Assembly (NCBI GenBank): GCA_963676105.1
Contig: OY781039.1
Location: forward strand, 1,380,001 to 1,412,000
DNA length: 32,000 nt
DNA from: Erysipelotrichaceae bacterium
GTDB lineage: Bacteria > Bacillota_I > Bacilli_A > Erysipelotrichales > Erysipelotrichaceae
Direction of reading: 5' to 3'
Part shown: positions 6,798 to 14,539 of the stretch, in pieces
Position numbering within the stretch: position 1 is the stretch's first letter
Layout of the letters: every line of letters begins with the position of its first letter
Made by a program: the position numbers and the translations under genes
The notes under the pieces: model-generated
Told to the model about the DNA's origin: nothing
The model's database searches: none
The model's input: only the letters and a program-made list of their open reading frames with translations

Positions 6798-8777
6798 CTA
6801 CTCTGCAGTTAATGACTCTTTTATTAGAGCTTCATATTTATCTAAATTAGGCTCGTCAATTAAGTCGTTGAATTTTTCCTTACTTGTAATTAAAGAACGG
6901 CTAATATTCTCGATAGCCTTAGTACGATAGATTGAATTGTTTAAACCTAGAGAATAGACAACCGCATAACTAATATCCCCACGAGTCCAATGTTTTGATT
7001 CATTAAATTCATAGATTTCAATCCCACTATTTTTACACATATTAATTGGCAAGAAAATTGACACGATATTTTCTAAAATATCATAACTTAGAAATTTTTC
7101 ATTTTCTTCAAGTATTGTTTCTAATTGTTGACACTCTACTTCTGTTTTTCCATGTTTATAAGCGATTAGCTTGAAGAATGAGTTGATGTTTTCAAATTTA
7201 AATTGTCTAAAGACTTGAGTTTCAGTTAAATCAATTATACATTTTTTAAATTGATAACTATTCACGAAGATATCATCAAACATTTCAGTGTATCTATGTG
7301 GCTTAGATATTGAACTCATAAAAAATGGTGGTATGTCATAAAAATATGAGTAACTTGGCGAATCTAAAATCACAAAATCATATTCTTTAGGATCCATTCC
7401 TCTTATTTCATATAATTCAACTGATTCATTAGATTCAATAAATGGACCATAATGTTTTTGAATACGATTAACTAATCCTTTACCAGCTTTTAGACCACCT
7501 GTACTTGTTGTTAGTAATCTTAATTTTTTAATGTCATATTCTACGGACGAAATTGCTTCATAAAAACTATAGGCTAATTCAACTACAGCTTTAGTGTTTA
7601 AACGGCAATAGTATTTATCTTCTATTAATCGAAGTGCCCTTCTTCCAAATTCAATTGAAAGTGGACTACCCGCAATGTCATGACTACTTTGAGAAAACCC
7701 AATTGATTGATGCGAAGATAAACCAAATCGAATTTGACCAATTATTTTAATAACCGATGATCTTAGTAATTGATCAATGCCATTTATTTGCTTAAAATCA
7801 ATTCCCCAATCTTTCTTAATGACATCTAAAATTTCTTTTACTGTCTCTTCAGCTTCTTTTGAGTAATAGCATTTATGTGACTTATCCAATTCATTAAGAT
7901 CTCTCATCCCATGAAGCATTATGGCCATGTGCGCTTGTTCATCAATAGAACTAAGATCTAAGTCACATTGTTTTAAGACATTCGCAATATCAACTGCAAT
8001 TGGATACTCTTCTAAGGATCTTGCCTCGTGTTTGATTTCTTCAGATAGAAACACATGATGTCCGGACTTAATTCGATTTTTTGCGATTAAAAGATAAAAA
8101 GCGAAACTTAAAGAATAAGCATCCGTCGCTCGTTGACCACTCTCTCTATACACTTTCAAATATGTTCGTCTAATAGTTTGTCTTTCTTCATCCGTCGATT
8201 CAATAACCTTCGCAAAATTCTTAGATGTGTTTATAACATGAATTTGATGATAATGATTAACCACCAATTCTGTCATTGCCATCCTTAAGTTTTCTTCAGT
8301 TCCAATTGCTTTAATTCCTAATCCTGGTTTCGAATCAACCTCAATGTGATAGGAATTTAAAAATGAGTAAGCTCTTTGTAAATCAGGTTTAATTGAAGAT
8401 CTTGATAAATACATTTGATCGGCTAAATCATCAATTTTTATATAATCATCGCTCGCAACCAATTCTCTAGAAATAAAAACAAAACGTGAAGAGCGATCAT
8501 TATAAAAACTATCTATTACGATTTGACTATAAGTTAATTGATTTATAAAAGGTTCAAAAAGATTAAAATTATGAACCTTTATTGAATACCCTTTATGACG
8601 AACTGAAATAAGTTCTGCACCTACTTCACTTAAAACATCTCTTACTTTTATCATGTCTGATTTTATCGTACGAACGCTTACTGATATTTCATCAGCTAAT
8701 GTTTGAGATGTGATTGGTTTATCTGATTTATAGATATTTGAAATAATTAATTTTTCACGACCTAGTGTCTCTAACAT
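6798..8777 (-). CDS. PRD-domain transcriptional regulator (MtlR/ManR/LicR class)
   Basis: About 659 aa. It has an N-terminal wHTH (TSQTLADEISVSVRTIKSDM), a second HTH, PRD-like central regions and EIIB/EIIA-like C-terminal regions. The start is set at ATG 8775-8777, preceded by AAAGGTG; the track start at 8786 is a GTG inside that RBS. Confidence 0.85.
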   Translation of the reverse strand: MLETLGREKLIISNIYKSDKPITSQTLADEISVSVRTIKSDMIKVRDVLSEVGAELISVRHKGYSIKVHNFNLFEPFINQLTYSQIVIDSFYNDRSSRFVFISRELVASDDYIKIDDLADQMYLSRSSIKPDLQRAYSFLNSYHIEVDSKPGLGIKAIGTEENLRMAMTELVVNHYHQIHVINTSKNFAKVIESTDEERQTIRRTYLKVYRESGQRATDAYSLSFAFYLLIAKNRIKSGHHVFLSEEIKHEARSLEEYPIAVDIANVLKQCDLDLSSIDEQAHMAIMLHGMRDLNELDKSHKCYYSKEAEETVKEILDVIKKDWGIDFKQINGIDQLLRSSVIKIIGQIRFGLSSHQSIGFSQSSHDIAGSPLSIEFGRRALRLIEDKYYCRLNTKAVVELAYSFYEAISSVEYDIKKLRLLTTSTGGLKAGKGLVNRIQKHYGPFIESNESVELYEIRGMDPKEYDFVILDSPSYSYFYDIPPFFMSSISKPHRYTEMFDDIFVNSYQFKKCIIDLTETQVFRQFKFENINSFFKLIAYKHGKTEVECQQLETILEENEKFLSYDILENIVSIFLPINMCKNSGIEIYEFNESKHWTRGDISYAVVYSLGLNNSIYRTKAIENISRSLITSKEKFNDLIDEPNLDKYEALIKESLTAE

Positions 8778-8813
8778 AAATTGCACCTTTTAATCATTAT
8801 TATAGTGCAATTT
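8778..8813. promoter_or_regulatory. Inverted repeat AAATTGCAC-N18-GTGCAATTT abutting the regulator-1 start codon
   Basis: Perfect 9-bp arms. On the minus strand the spacer contains TATAAT, and the proximal arm overlaps the SD. Confidence 0.35.
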
Positions 8814-8842
8814 TATATTTGTTTTATCTTTTCAAATAAAAA

Positions 8843-8863
8843 GGCAAGATTTTTCATCTTGCC
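8843..8863 (-). terminator. Intrinsic terminator of htpG
   Basis: The minus strand reads GGCAAGAT-gaaaa-ATCTTGCC followed by TTTTTATTT. Confidence 0.7.
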
Positions 8864-8869
8864 ATAATA

Positions 8870-10756
8870 CTATTTCGATGCATCAATCATCAATTGTGAT
8901 AAAACACGTGAGAATTCTACAGGGTCATCAATTGAGAATCCTTCAATGAGCTGTGCTTGATTATAAAGTAATTTCGCATAGTCATTGATTTTATCATCAC
9001 TTGCTTTTTCAAGTGCTTGAACTAAAGGATGTTCAGCATTGAGTTCTAAGATTCGTTTAGCTTTAACATTGTTTGATTGATCAGGCATTTGAGCTAGAAT
9101 TTTTTCCATCTCAAGTGATAAACCTTCACCAGCTACTAAGCATACTGGATGATTTTTTAGTCTGTTAGTTAAACGTACATCTTCAACGTCATCTTTAAGT
9201 GCTTCTTTTAGTTTTGTAAGAATATCTTTAGAGGCTTCATTCTTTTCTTTAAGTGCTTCTTTTTCTTCATCACTTTCAAGATCTGATAGTTCACCTTGAG
9301 TAATTGACTTAAATGGTTTTTCTTTATACTGCATTAAGATTTGTAAAACAAATTCATCCACATCATCAGTAAGATAAAGTATTTCATACCCTTTATCTTT
9401 AACAAATTCTGTTTGCGGTAATAGATCACACTTATCCACTGATTCACCAGAGATATAGTAAATCTCTTTTTGATCTTCAGACATACGTGCGACGTATTCT
9501 TCTAGAGAAACCAATTTCTTTTCGTGTGAAGTCGTGAATAGTAATAAGTCTTCTAAGAGTTCACGTTTTTCACCAAAGTTAGCATATGTACCATATTTAA
9601 GTTGTAAACCAAAGTTTTTATAAAATTCTTCATACTTCTCACGATCATTTTTAAGCATGAGCAACAATTCTGATTTAATCTTCTTTTCAATACGAGATGC
9701 GATTGCTTTTAATTGACGATCATGTTGAAGCATTTCACGTGAAATATTTAAAGTAAGATCTGGAGAATCCACTAAACCCTTCACAAATCTAAAGGCTTCA
9801 GGAATGAGTTCTTTCGCATTATCTAAGATATACACCCCACGTGAGTAGAGTTGTAATCCCGATTGGTATTCAGAATTATAAAAGTTGTAAGGAACATGTG
9901 AAGGAATGAATAGTAAGGCATCAAATGATAGCGTTCCTTCAAGTGATGTATGAATATGTTTAGCTGGTGCTTGGTAGTCATTAAACTTATCTTCATAGAA
10001 ACTGTTGTAGTCTTCTTCACTAATATCAGATTTAGAACGTTTCCACAAAGGAACCATTGAGTTTAATGTGTTTTCAACCATCTTAGATGAAGTAACTTCA
10101 CCTTTATCATCATATTCTTTTTCTTCTTCATCCATTAAGATAGGATATCGAACATAGTCAGAATATTTCTTAACTAAACGTTTAATGGTATGTGTTTGAA
10201 GATAGTTGTCATAATCCTCATCTTCTTCATTCTTTTTAAGATGTAAGACAATGCGTGTTCCTCTATCTTGTTTCTCACAAGTATCGATTCGATAACCATC
10301 TTCACCCGTTGATTCAAAATGAACACTTTCTTCATCTAGAACTGATTGAGTAAAGACTTCAACTTTATCCGCAATCATAAAGGCAGAATAAAAACCAACC
10401 CCGAATTGACCAATAATATCAATATCGTCTTGTTTTTCTTCCATTGCTTCTTTGAATGCGAATGAACCACTTTTCGCAATGACCCCAAGATTTTTTTCAA
10501 CTTCATCTTGAGTCATCCCAATTCCATTATCTTTGATGGTTAAGGTTCTGTTTTCTGTATCGACTTCAATTTTAATATTTAAGTTTGTGCGATCCACTTT
10601 TAAATCATCTTGTAGAGATTTAAAGTAAAGTTTGTCTAATGCATCAGAGGCATTTGAGACGAGTTCACGTAAGAATATTTCTTTGTGCGTGTAGATTGAG
10701 TGGATTACTAAATCCAATAATCGTTTTGTTTCAGCTTTGTATTGTTTCTTAGCCAT
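8870..10756 (-). CDS. htpG: Molecular chaperone HtpG (Hsp90)
   Basis: 628 aa with the N-terminal ELVSNASDALDK ATPase motif and a GQFGVGFYS motif. The RBS is AAAGGAG. Confidence 0.97.
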   Translation of the reverse strand: MAKKQYKAETKRLLDLVIHSIYTHKEIFLRELVSNASDALDKLYFKSLQDDLKVDRTNLNIKIEVDTENRTLTIKDNGIGMTQDEVEKNLGVIAKSGSFAFKEAMEEKQDDIDIIGQFGVGFYSAFMIADKVEVFTQSVLDEESVHFESTGEDGYRIDTCEKQDRGTRIVLHLKKNEEDEDYDNYLQTHTIKRLVKKYSDYVRYPILMDEEEKEYDDKGEVTSSKMVENTLNSMVPLWKRSKSDISEEDYNSFYEDKFNDYQAPAKHIHTSLEGTLSFDALLFIPSHVPYNFYNSEYQSGLQLYSRGVYILDNAKELIPEAFRFVKGLVDSPDLTLNISREMLQHDRQLKAIASRIEKKIKSELLLMLKNDREKYEEFYKNFGLQLKYGTYANFGEKRELLEDLLLFTTSHEKKLVSLEEYVARMSEDQKEIYYISGESVDKCDLLPQTEFVKDKGYEILYLTDDVDEFVLQILMQYKEKPFKSITQGELSDLESDEEKEALKEKNEASKDILTKLKEALKDDVEDVRLTNRLKNHPVCLVAGEGLSLEMEKILAQMPDQSNNVKAKRILELNAEHPLVQALEKASDDKINDYAKLLYNQAQLIEGFSIDDPVEFSRVLSQLMIDASK

Positions 10757-10766
10757 AACGCTCCTT

Positions 10767-10793
10767 TTGGCACTTTAATAAAGTGAGTGCTAA
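10767..10793 (-). promoter_or_regulatory. CIRCE-like element (HrcA operator)
   Basis: The minus strand reads TTAGCACTC-N9-AAGTGCCAA, against the consensus TTAGCACTC-N9-GAGTGCTAA (16/18). It sits 3 nt downstream of the -10 box and just upstream of the htpG RBS. Confidence 0.6.
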
Positions 10794-10796
10794 TTA

Positions 10797-10825
10797 ATTG
10801 TAAAACAGATAAAAAAGAATTTCAA
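10797..10825 (-). promoter_or_regulatory. Candidate sigma-A promoter of htpG
   Basis: On the minus strand, TTGAAA (10820-10825), a 17-nt spacer, then TACAAT (10797-10802). Confidence 0.5.
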
Positions 10826-10842
10826 CAATAAAAAATGCATTG

Positions 10843-10851
10843 TGCTATAAT
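10843..10851 (+). promoter_or_regulatory. Candidate extended -10 promoter of the helicase gene
   Basis: TGcTATAAT lies 27 nt upstream of the ATG at 10878. The -35 is poor. Confidence 0.45.
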
Positions 10852-10877
10852 GCATCGGTACTAAATAAGGAAACACT

Positions 10878-12596
10878 ATGAATTTTAACGAACTAAACTT
10901 ACAACCTGCGCTTTTAAGAAGCCTACTCGAAATTGGCTTTGAAGAAGCTACAGAAATACAAGAAAAAGCTATTCCTGCCATTATGGAAGGAAAGGATGTC
11001 ACTGGCCAATCACAAACGGGATCTGGAAAGACAGCTGCTTTTGGATTACCATTATTAAATATTATAGAGACACACGAAAAAAGAGTGCCTCAAGTCTTAA
11101 TCTTAGCTCCTACGCGTGAGCTATGTCTTCAAATCACAACCGAGATGCGTAAGTTCTCTAAATACTTAGAAGGACTGCGTATTGTCCCTATCTATGGTGG
11201 TGAACCAATTACACATCAAATAAAAGATTTAAAAGCAGGTGGCGATATCATTGTCGGAACACCTGGTCGTGTTAAAGATCATATTGATCGTAGAACGTTA
11301 AAATTCTTTGATTTAAAAGCTTTCGTCTTAGATGAAGCTGATGAAATGTTAAAGATGGGATTCAAAGAAGAAATTGAATCCATCAATGAAAAACTACCTG
11401 AAGAAAAACAAACCATTCTATTCTCAGCTACGATGCCTAAGGCTATTTTAGATTTAGCTAAGACTTATCAAAAAGATCCAGTCTTTATTAAAACTAAAGC
11501 TAAATCATTAACAGTAAATACCGTTACTCAAATGGTTTATGAAGTTAATCAAAGTGATAAATCTAGAGCGCTTGTCCAACTGATTGAATACTATCGTCCA
11601 GATTCATCCATGATTTTCTGTAACACTAAAAAAATGGTTGATGACTTAAGTTCATCACTTATCGCAAAGGGCTTTAATGTCGCTTCTATCCATGGTGATC
11701 TAAAACAAGAGATGCGTAACGTTGTTATGAACAAGTTCAGAGAAAAGAAAATCTCTCACTTAGTTTGTACCGATGTTGCAGCCCGTGGAATTGATGTCGA
11801 TAGTTTAGACTTGGTCTTTAACTTCGATGTCCCACAAGAAATTGATTACTATGTTCACCGTATCGGACGTACAGGTCGTGCTGGCAAAGAAGGTTTAAGT
11901 ATTACCCTTATTACCCCTAGACAACGCTATGTCCTCAATACATTAGAAAAACTGACGAAATCTCAAATTATTAGACAAAGCATGCCTTCCCCTGAAGAAA
12001 TCCAAGAAGTACGTTTCAAACACTTATCACAAGATTTAATCAATACCTTAGAAAAAGAAGTTCCAGTCGAACTTAAACGTCAGGTTGAGAAACTGATTGA
12101 TCAAGGTTTTGATCCAATTCAACTCACCGAAGCGCTCATGTATCAAATGATTGGTCATGAAATCTTTGAAGAAACAAAACAAGTTATTTCTAAACAAAAA
12201 CATGCGACACTCGTACACACATCACACATTGAATTAGATGTTGGTAAAAACCATAAGATTGCGGCAGCTCACTTAGTATCTGCCATCGCAGAATCTGCAG
12301 GTATCTCAGGTAAAGATATTGGTAAGATTCGTATTCGTGATCGCTTCTCGCACGTTGAAGTGCCAACTGAATTTGTCCATGAAATCTTAGATGCCTTAAA
12401 CTCAAATATGATTAGAGGTTATAAAGTAAAAGCATTTATGCTTGAACACGCACCAGCAAAGAAACGCAATGACGGCCGTAGTTCACGTAATCGCAGTGAT
12501 AGAAACCATAGTGACAACAACCGTAGTCGTAGAGATCACAACAAAGCTGATAGCGGTTATAAAGGTCGTAGAGACAGAAAATCCAAACACAATTAA
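10878..12596 (+). CDS. DEAD-box ATP-dependent RNA helicase with DbpA-type RNA-binding domain and basic tail
   Basis: The Q motif, GSGKT, DEAD, SAT and HRIGRTGRAG motifs are present. There is a C-terminal DbpA-like domain and an R/S/D/N-rich tail. Confidence 0.95.
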   Translation: MNFNELNLQPALLRSLLEIGFEEATEIQEKAIPAIMEGKDVTGQSQTGSGKTAAFGLPLLNIIETHEKRVPQVLILAPTRELCLQITTEMRKFSKYLEGLRIVPIYGGEPITHQIKDLKAGGDIIVGTPGRVKDHIDRRTLKFFDLKAFVLDEADEMLKMGFKEEIESINEKLPEEKQTILFSATMPKAILDLAKTYQKDPVFIKTKAKSLTVNTVTQMVYEVNQSDKSRALVQLIEYYRPDSSMIFCNTKKMVDDLSSSLIAKGFNVASIHGDLKQEMRNVVMNKFREKKISHLVCTDVAARGIDVDSLDLVFNFDVPQEIDYYVHRIGRTGRAGKEGLSITLITPRQRYVLNTLEKLTKSQIIRQSMPSPEEIQEVRFKHLSQDLINTLEKEVPVELKRQVEKLIDQGFDPIQLTEALMYQMIGHEIFEETKQVISKQKHATLVHTSHIELDVGKNHKIAAAHLVSAIAESAGISGKDIGKIRIRDRFSHVEVPTEFVHEILDALNSNMIRGYKVKAFMLEHAPAKKRNDGRSSRNRSDRNHSDNNRSRRDHNKADSGYKGRRDRKSKHN

Positions 12597-12609
12597 GTGC
12601 TTGGATTTT
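12578..12609 (+). terminator. Terminator of the helicase gene
   Basis: AAAATCCAA pairs with TTGGATTTT across a 14-nt loop that contains the stop codon, followed by further T residues. Confidence 0.5.
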
Positions 12610-12611
12610 TT

Positions 12612-12920
12612 TTAGATTAAGTTTATATACTCTTGACTACTACTGACAACACCAACAATCATTATAGTTTCGTTTACATTATCAACTTTATAAAAGATTA
12701 AATATCTATCTACAATTAATATTCTAAGTCCCTGTCTATCGAGAATCGCATATTGTGGTTTTACACCTGATTCAGGAAAATCAGTTAGTTTCAATAATGA
12801 TTTTTCAATCGTTTCAGATAATTTCATGGCAGTATCAATACTCCCTGTACTATCTGCAACATAATAAATAATATTACTAAGTTGATTATCTGCTTTTTGC
12901 GTTCTTTTTAACTTAAACAA
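12612..12920 (-). CDS. Type II toxin, ParE/RelE family
   Basis: 102 aa of typical ParE size and pattern. It starts 1 nt after the antitoxin stop with TTG, which is the only start available in the frame. Confidence 0.85.
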   Translation of the reverse strand: MFKLKRTQKADNQLSNIIYYVADSTGSIDTAMKLSETIEKSLLKLTDFPESGVKPQYAILDRQGLRILIVDRYLIFYKVDNVNETIMIVGVVSSSQEYINLI

Positions 12921-12921
12921 A

Positions 12922-13197
12922 CTATTTGTCTCTACTTAAGAGATTTTTTCTTATATTATCAAAAGTATCTTGAATATCACCAACTCGGCCAAGTCTAATA
13001 TCTTCCTCAGACTCCGCAAGCATTTTTAAAAGTTCCAACTCAGCAGTCATTTGTTTGTAGTCTTGTAGACTAATAATAGCTGTATCACCTCTACCATTTT
13101 TAGTAATAATGACAGGTTCTCTCGTCTCATGGCACTGCTTAGATATCTCATTATAGTGATTTCTTAAATCAGCTGAAGGTCTAATATCAAATTTCAT
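12922..13197 (-). CDS. Type II antitoxin, Phd/YefM family
   Basis: MKFDIRPSADLRNHYNEISKQC...PVIITKNGRGDTAIISLQDY is typical of Phd/YefM. The start is set at ATG 13195-13197, 6 nt after GGAGGA; the track ATG at 13221 directly abuts the -10 box. Confidence 0.85.
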   Translation of the reverse strand: MKFDIRPSADLRNHYNEISKQCHETREPVIITKNGRGDTAIISLQDYKQMTAELELLKMLAESEEDIRLGRVGDIQDTFDNIRKNLLSRDK

Positions 13198-13221
13198 TTC
13201 ATATCCTCCAATAATAGTCAT

Positions 13222-13250
13222 ATTATATCACTATTTGCATATAGTTAAAC
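13222..13250 (-). promoter_or_regulatory. Candidate promoter of the toxin-antitoxin operon
   Basis: A perfect TATAAT (13222-13227) with a weak -35 (TTTAAC/GTTTAA) 16-17 nt upstream. Confidence 0.4.
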
Positions 13251-13415
13251 TCTTTGTAATTCATGATGCAATCTCCTTCGTGTCTTACCTATATATACGT
13301 TATGATTTTCAATTCCCCTATTTTTAAATCAAATTTTCTATAAATGTCATCGTAATTTAAAAACCAAACACAAATTATGCTTGGCTATTTTAAACATTTT
13401 TCTTTATATCGCAAT

Positions 13416-13556
13416 CTAATTAATCTCTAAATCAAAATTTATTTGAATATTTTGTACTTCTTTGTTTTGAATACTCTCTTCAGTATCTTCAAACAAACTC
13501 AATAATTCTGCTTCCCAGTTCATTTGTTCAAATGATTTTTCTTGAGTCTTTTCCAT
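13416..13556 (-). CDS. Possible small acidic protein (46 aa), unannotated in the ORF track
   Basis: MEKTQEKSFEQMNWEAELLSLFEDTEESIQNKEVQNIQINFDLEIN. The ATG is 18 nt after the MBL stop, preceded by a weak GGGA. There is no recognisable family. Confidence 0.2.
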   Translation of the reverse strand: MEKTQEKSFEQMNWEAELLSLFEDTEESIQNKEVQNIQINFDLEIN

Positions 13557-13574
13557 ATATATTCCCACTATTAC

Positions 13575-14297
13575 TTATATACTTACATACTCTTGTTTAA
13601 GTAACTCTAATATTTCTTCCTTTTTCATAACGACATCGTGTCCATGAACTTCTTTTTCAAAATCTAGAAACTCAAGTTTACTTATAAGTTTACTAAGTTT
13701 CTCTTTTGTGTAGTGTGCTTCTCCATGGTGATAGTCTTCAGATGTCGCATCTCCTACAAATAAGACCTTGTCTTCTTCAACTAAGACAAAGGTATTATCC
13801 TCTGTATGATCTGTTTCCATTTCAAAGATTTTTAAACGTACATCTCCACAATCTAGTTCAACTTCATCAACATACGTTTCAGATGCATAAACCACATTGA
13901 TTAAATCTCTGTCCTTATATTCATTTCTGATGTGTTCATCACAAAACGCAATATCTTCTCCTGTTTGTATTCTTTGTGACATAGACAAATCATCCCAATC
14001 CCAGTCACTCATTTCCTTTAATTTCAATTGAGTCTTTTCACTACATAGTGATGGAAAGTCACAGGCATGTAAACCATAGACATGATCCCAATGCCAATGG
14101 GTGAGTATTACAACCTCTGGTTCATGAAGACCTTTTTCTTTGATTAAATCTAAGACTTCAAAAAGATGTTCTTTTGATGCGCCTGCATCAATAAGAACCG
14201 ATCTTTCAGTTCCATTAACATAACCTAGTCTTGGACGATCTCTATATTCTTCAAAATCTGAGATATATACATGTTTGCTGATTTGTGTTAGTTCCAT
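13575..14297 (-). CDS. MBL-fold metallo-hydrolase
   Basis: An HWHWDH motif (HxHxDH) and a later His. The start ATG overlaps the upstream stop (TAATG). Confidence 0.9.
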   Translation of the reverse strand: MELTQISKHVYISDFEEYRDRPRLGYVNGTERSVLIDAGASKEHLFEVLDLIKEKGLHEPEVVILTHWHWDHVYGLHACDFPSLCSEKTQLKLKEMSDWDWDDLSMSQRIQTGEDIAFCDEHIRNEYKDRDLINVVYASETYVDEVELDCGDVRLKIFEMETDHTEDNTFVLVEEDKVLFVGDATSEDYHHGEAHYTKEKLSKLISKLEFLDFEKEVHGHDVVMKKEEILELLKQEYVSI

Positions 14298-14539
14298 TAT
14301 TTATTTTTCTCAACTTTAAATCGAAGCAGCGTTTTTAGTTTCAAAGGGTCAGCTTTTCGTGGATCCCCTAAGTAAATTTCAATATGTGTTTTTTCAATGC
14401 GTTTATAACCATTATCCACACAATATTTTTCCATCAAATCAAAGGATTCTCTCTCATTATCATAGGGACCAATATGTAACTTCTGACACACTAATCCATC
14501 TTCAATTTGTTCATAACAAACATCATTTAATAAACTTAT
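14297..14539 (-). pseudogene. Truncated GyrI-like (effector-binding) domain remnant, C-terminal half only
   Basis: The open frame ...YEQIEDGLVCQKLHIGPYDNE...HIEIYLGDPRKADPLKLKT matches the second half of GyrI-like domains. The frame opens immediately after the esterase TAA. The only start is a GTG at 14491 with no RBS. Confidence 0.5.

Noticed and set aside
6775-6800. Possible sigma-54 (-24/-12) promoter, because TTGCA-containing motifs sit upstream of a mannose-family PTS
   Set aside because: The best candidate, TGTTAC-N4-TTGCA, lacks the GG dinucleotide and has the wrong spacing. Neither regulator has an AAA+ sigma-54 activation domain (they are MtlR/ManR-like, not LevR-like).
9823-10020. 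65-aa minus-strand ORF inside htpG, plus similar short internal ORFs at 12190-12405, 13706-13900, 14359-14556, 17771-17953, 18339-18527, 23817-24029, 24627-24878, 26351-26632, 28928-29334, 29506-29691, 30441-30647 and 31035-31259
   Set aside because: All are alternative-frame or antisense ORFs nested in longer genes with clear family signatures.
10833-10857. ATGCAT-N9-ATGCAT around the helicase -10 box, as another copy of the TTGCAY-N8-RTGCAA motif
   Set aside because: The spacing differs by 1 nt and the outer T/A positions do not match, so it is treated as a separate feature that may be coincidental.
10790-11002. Minus-strand 70-aa ORF overlapping the helicase start and the htpG promoter
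   Set aside because: It overlaps the CIRCE/promoter region and the 5' end of a well-supported helicase gene. The translation is Phe/Ser/Ile-rich with no family resemblance.
12470-12596. Imperfect DNA repeats (GTCGTAGAGA twice) at the helicase 3' end
   Set aside because: They are explained by the low-complexity Arg/Ser/Asp/Asn-rich C-terminal tail common in DEAD-box helicases, not by an independent repeat element.
13223-13264. 13-codon mini-ORF (MNYKEFNYMQIVI) with a good AAGGAG RBS upstream of the antitoxin
   Set aside because: It is too short to evaluate, and it would lie upstream of the predicted TA promoter -10 box. It is mentioned in a finding but not called as a feature.
12624-13598. 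Shared 9-mer atactcttg near both ends of the toxin-antitoxin region, as possible insertion-site direct repeats
   Set aside because: Both copies lie inside coding 3' ends. Many 9-mer coincidences are expected in 32 kb of AT-rich DNA.
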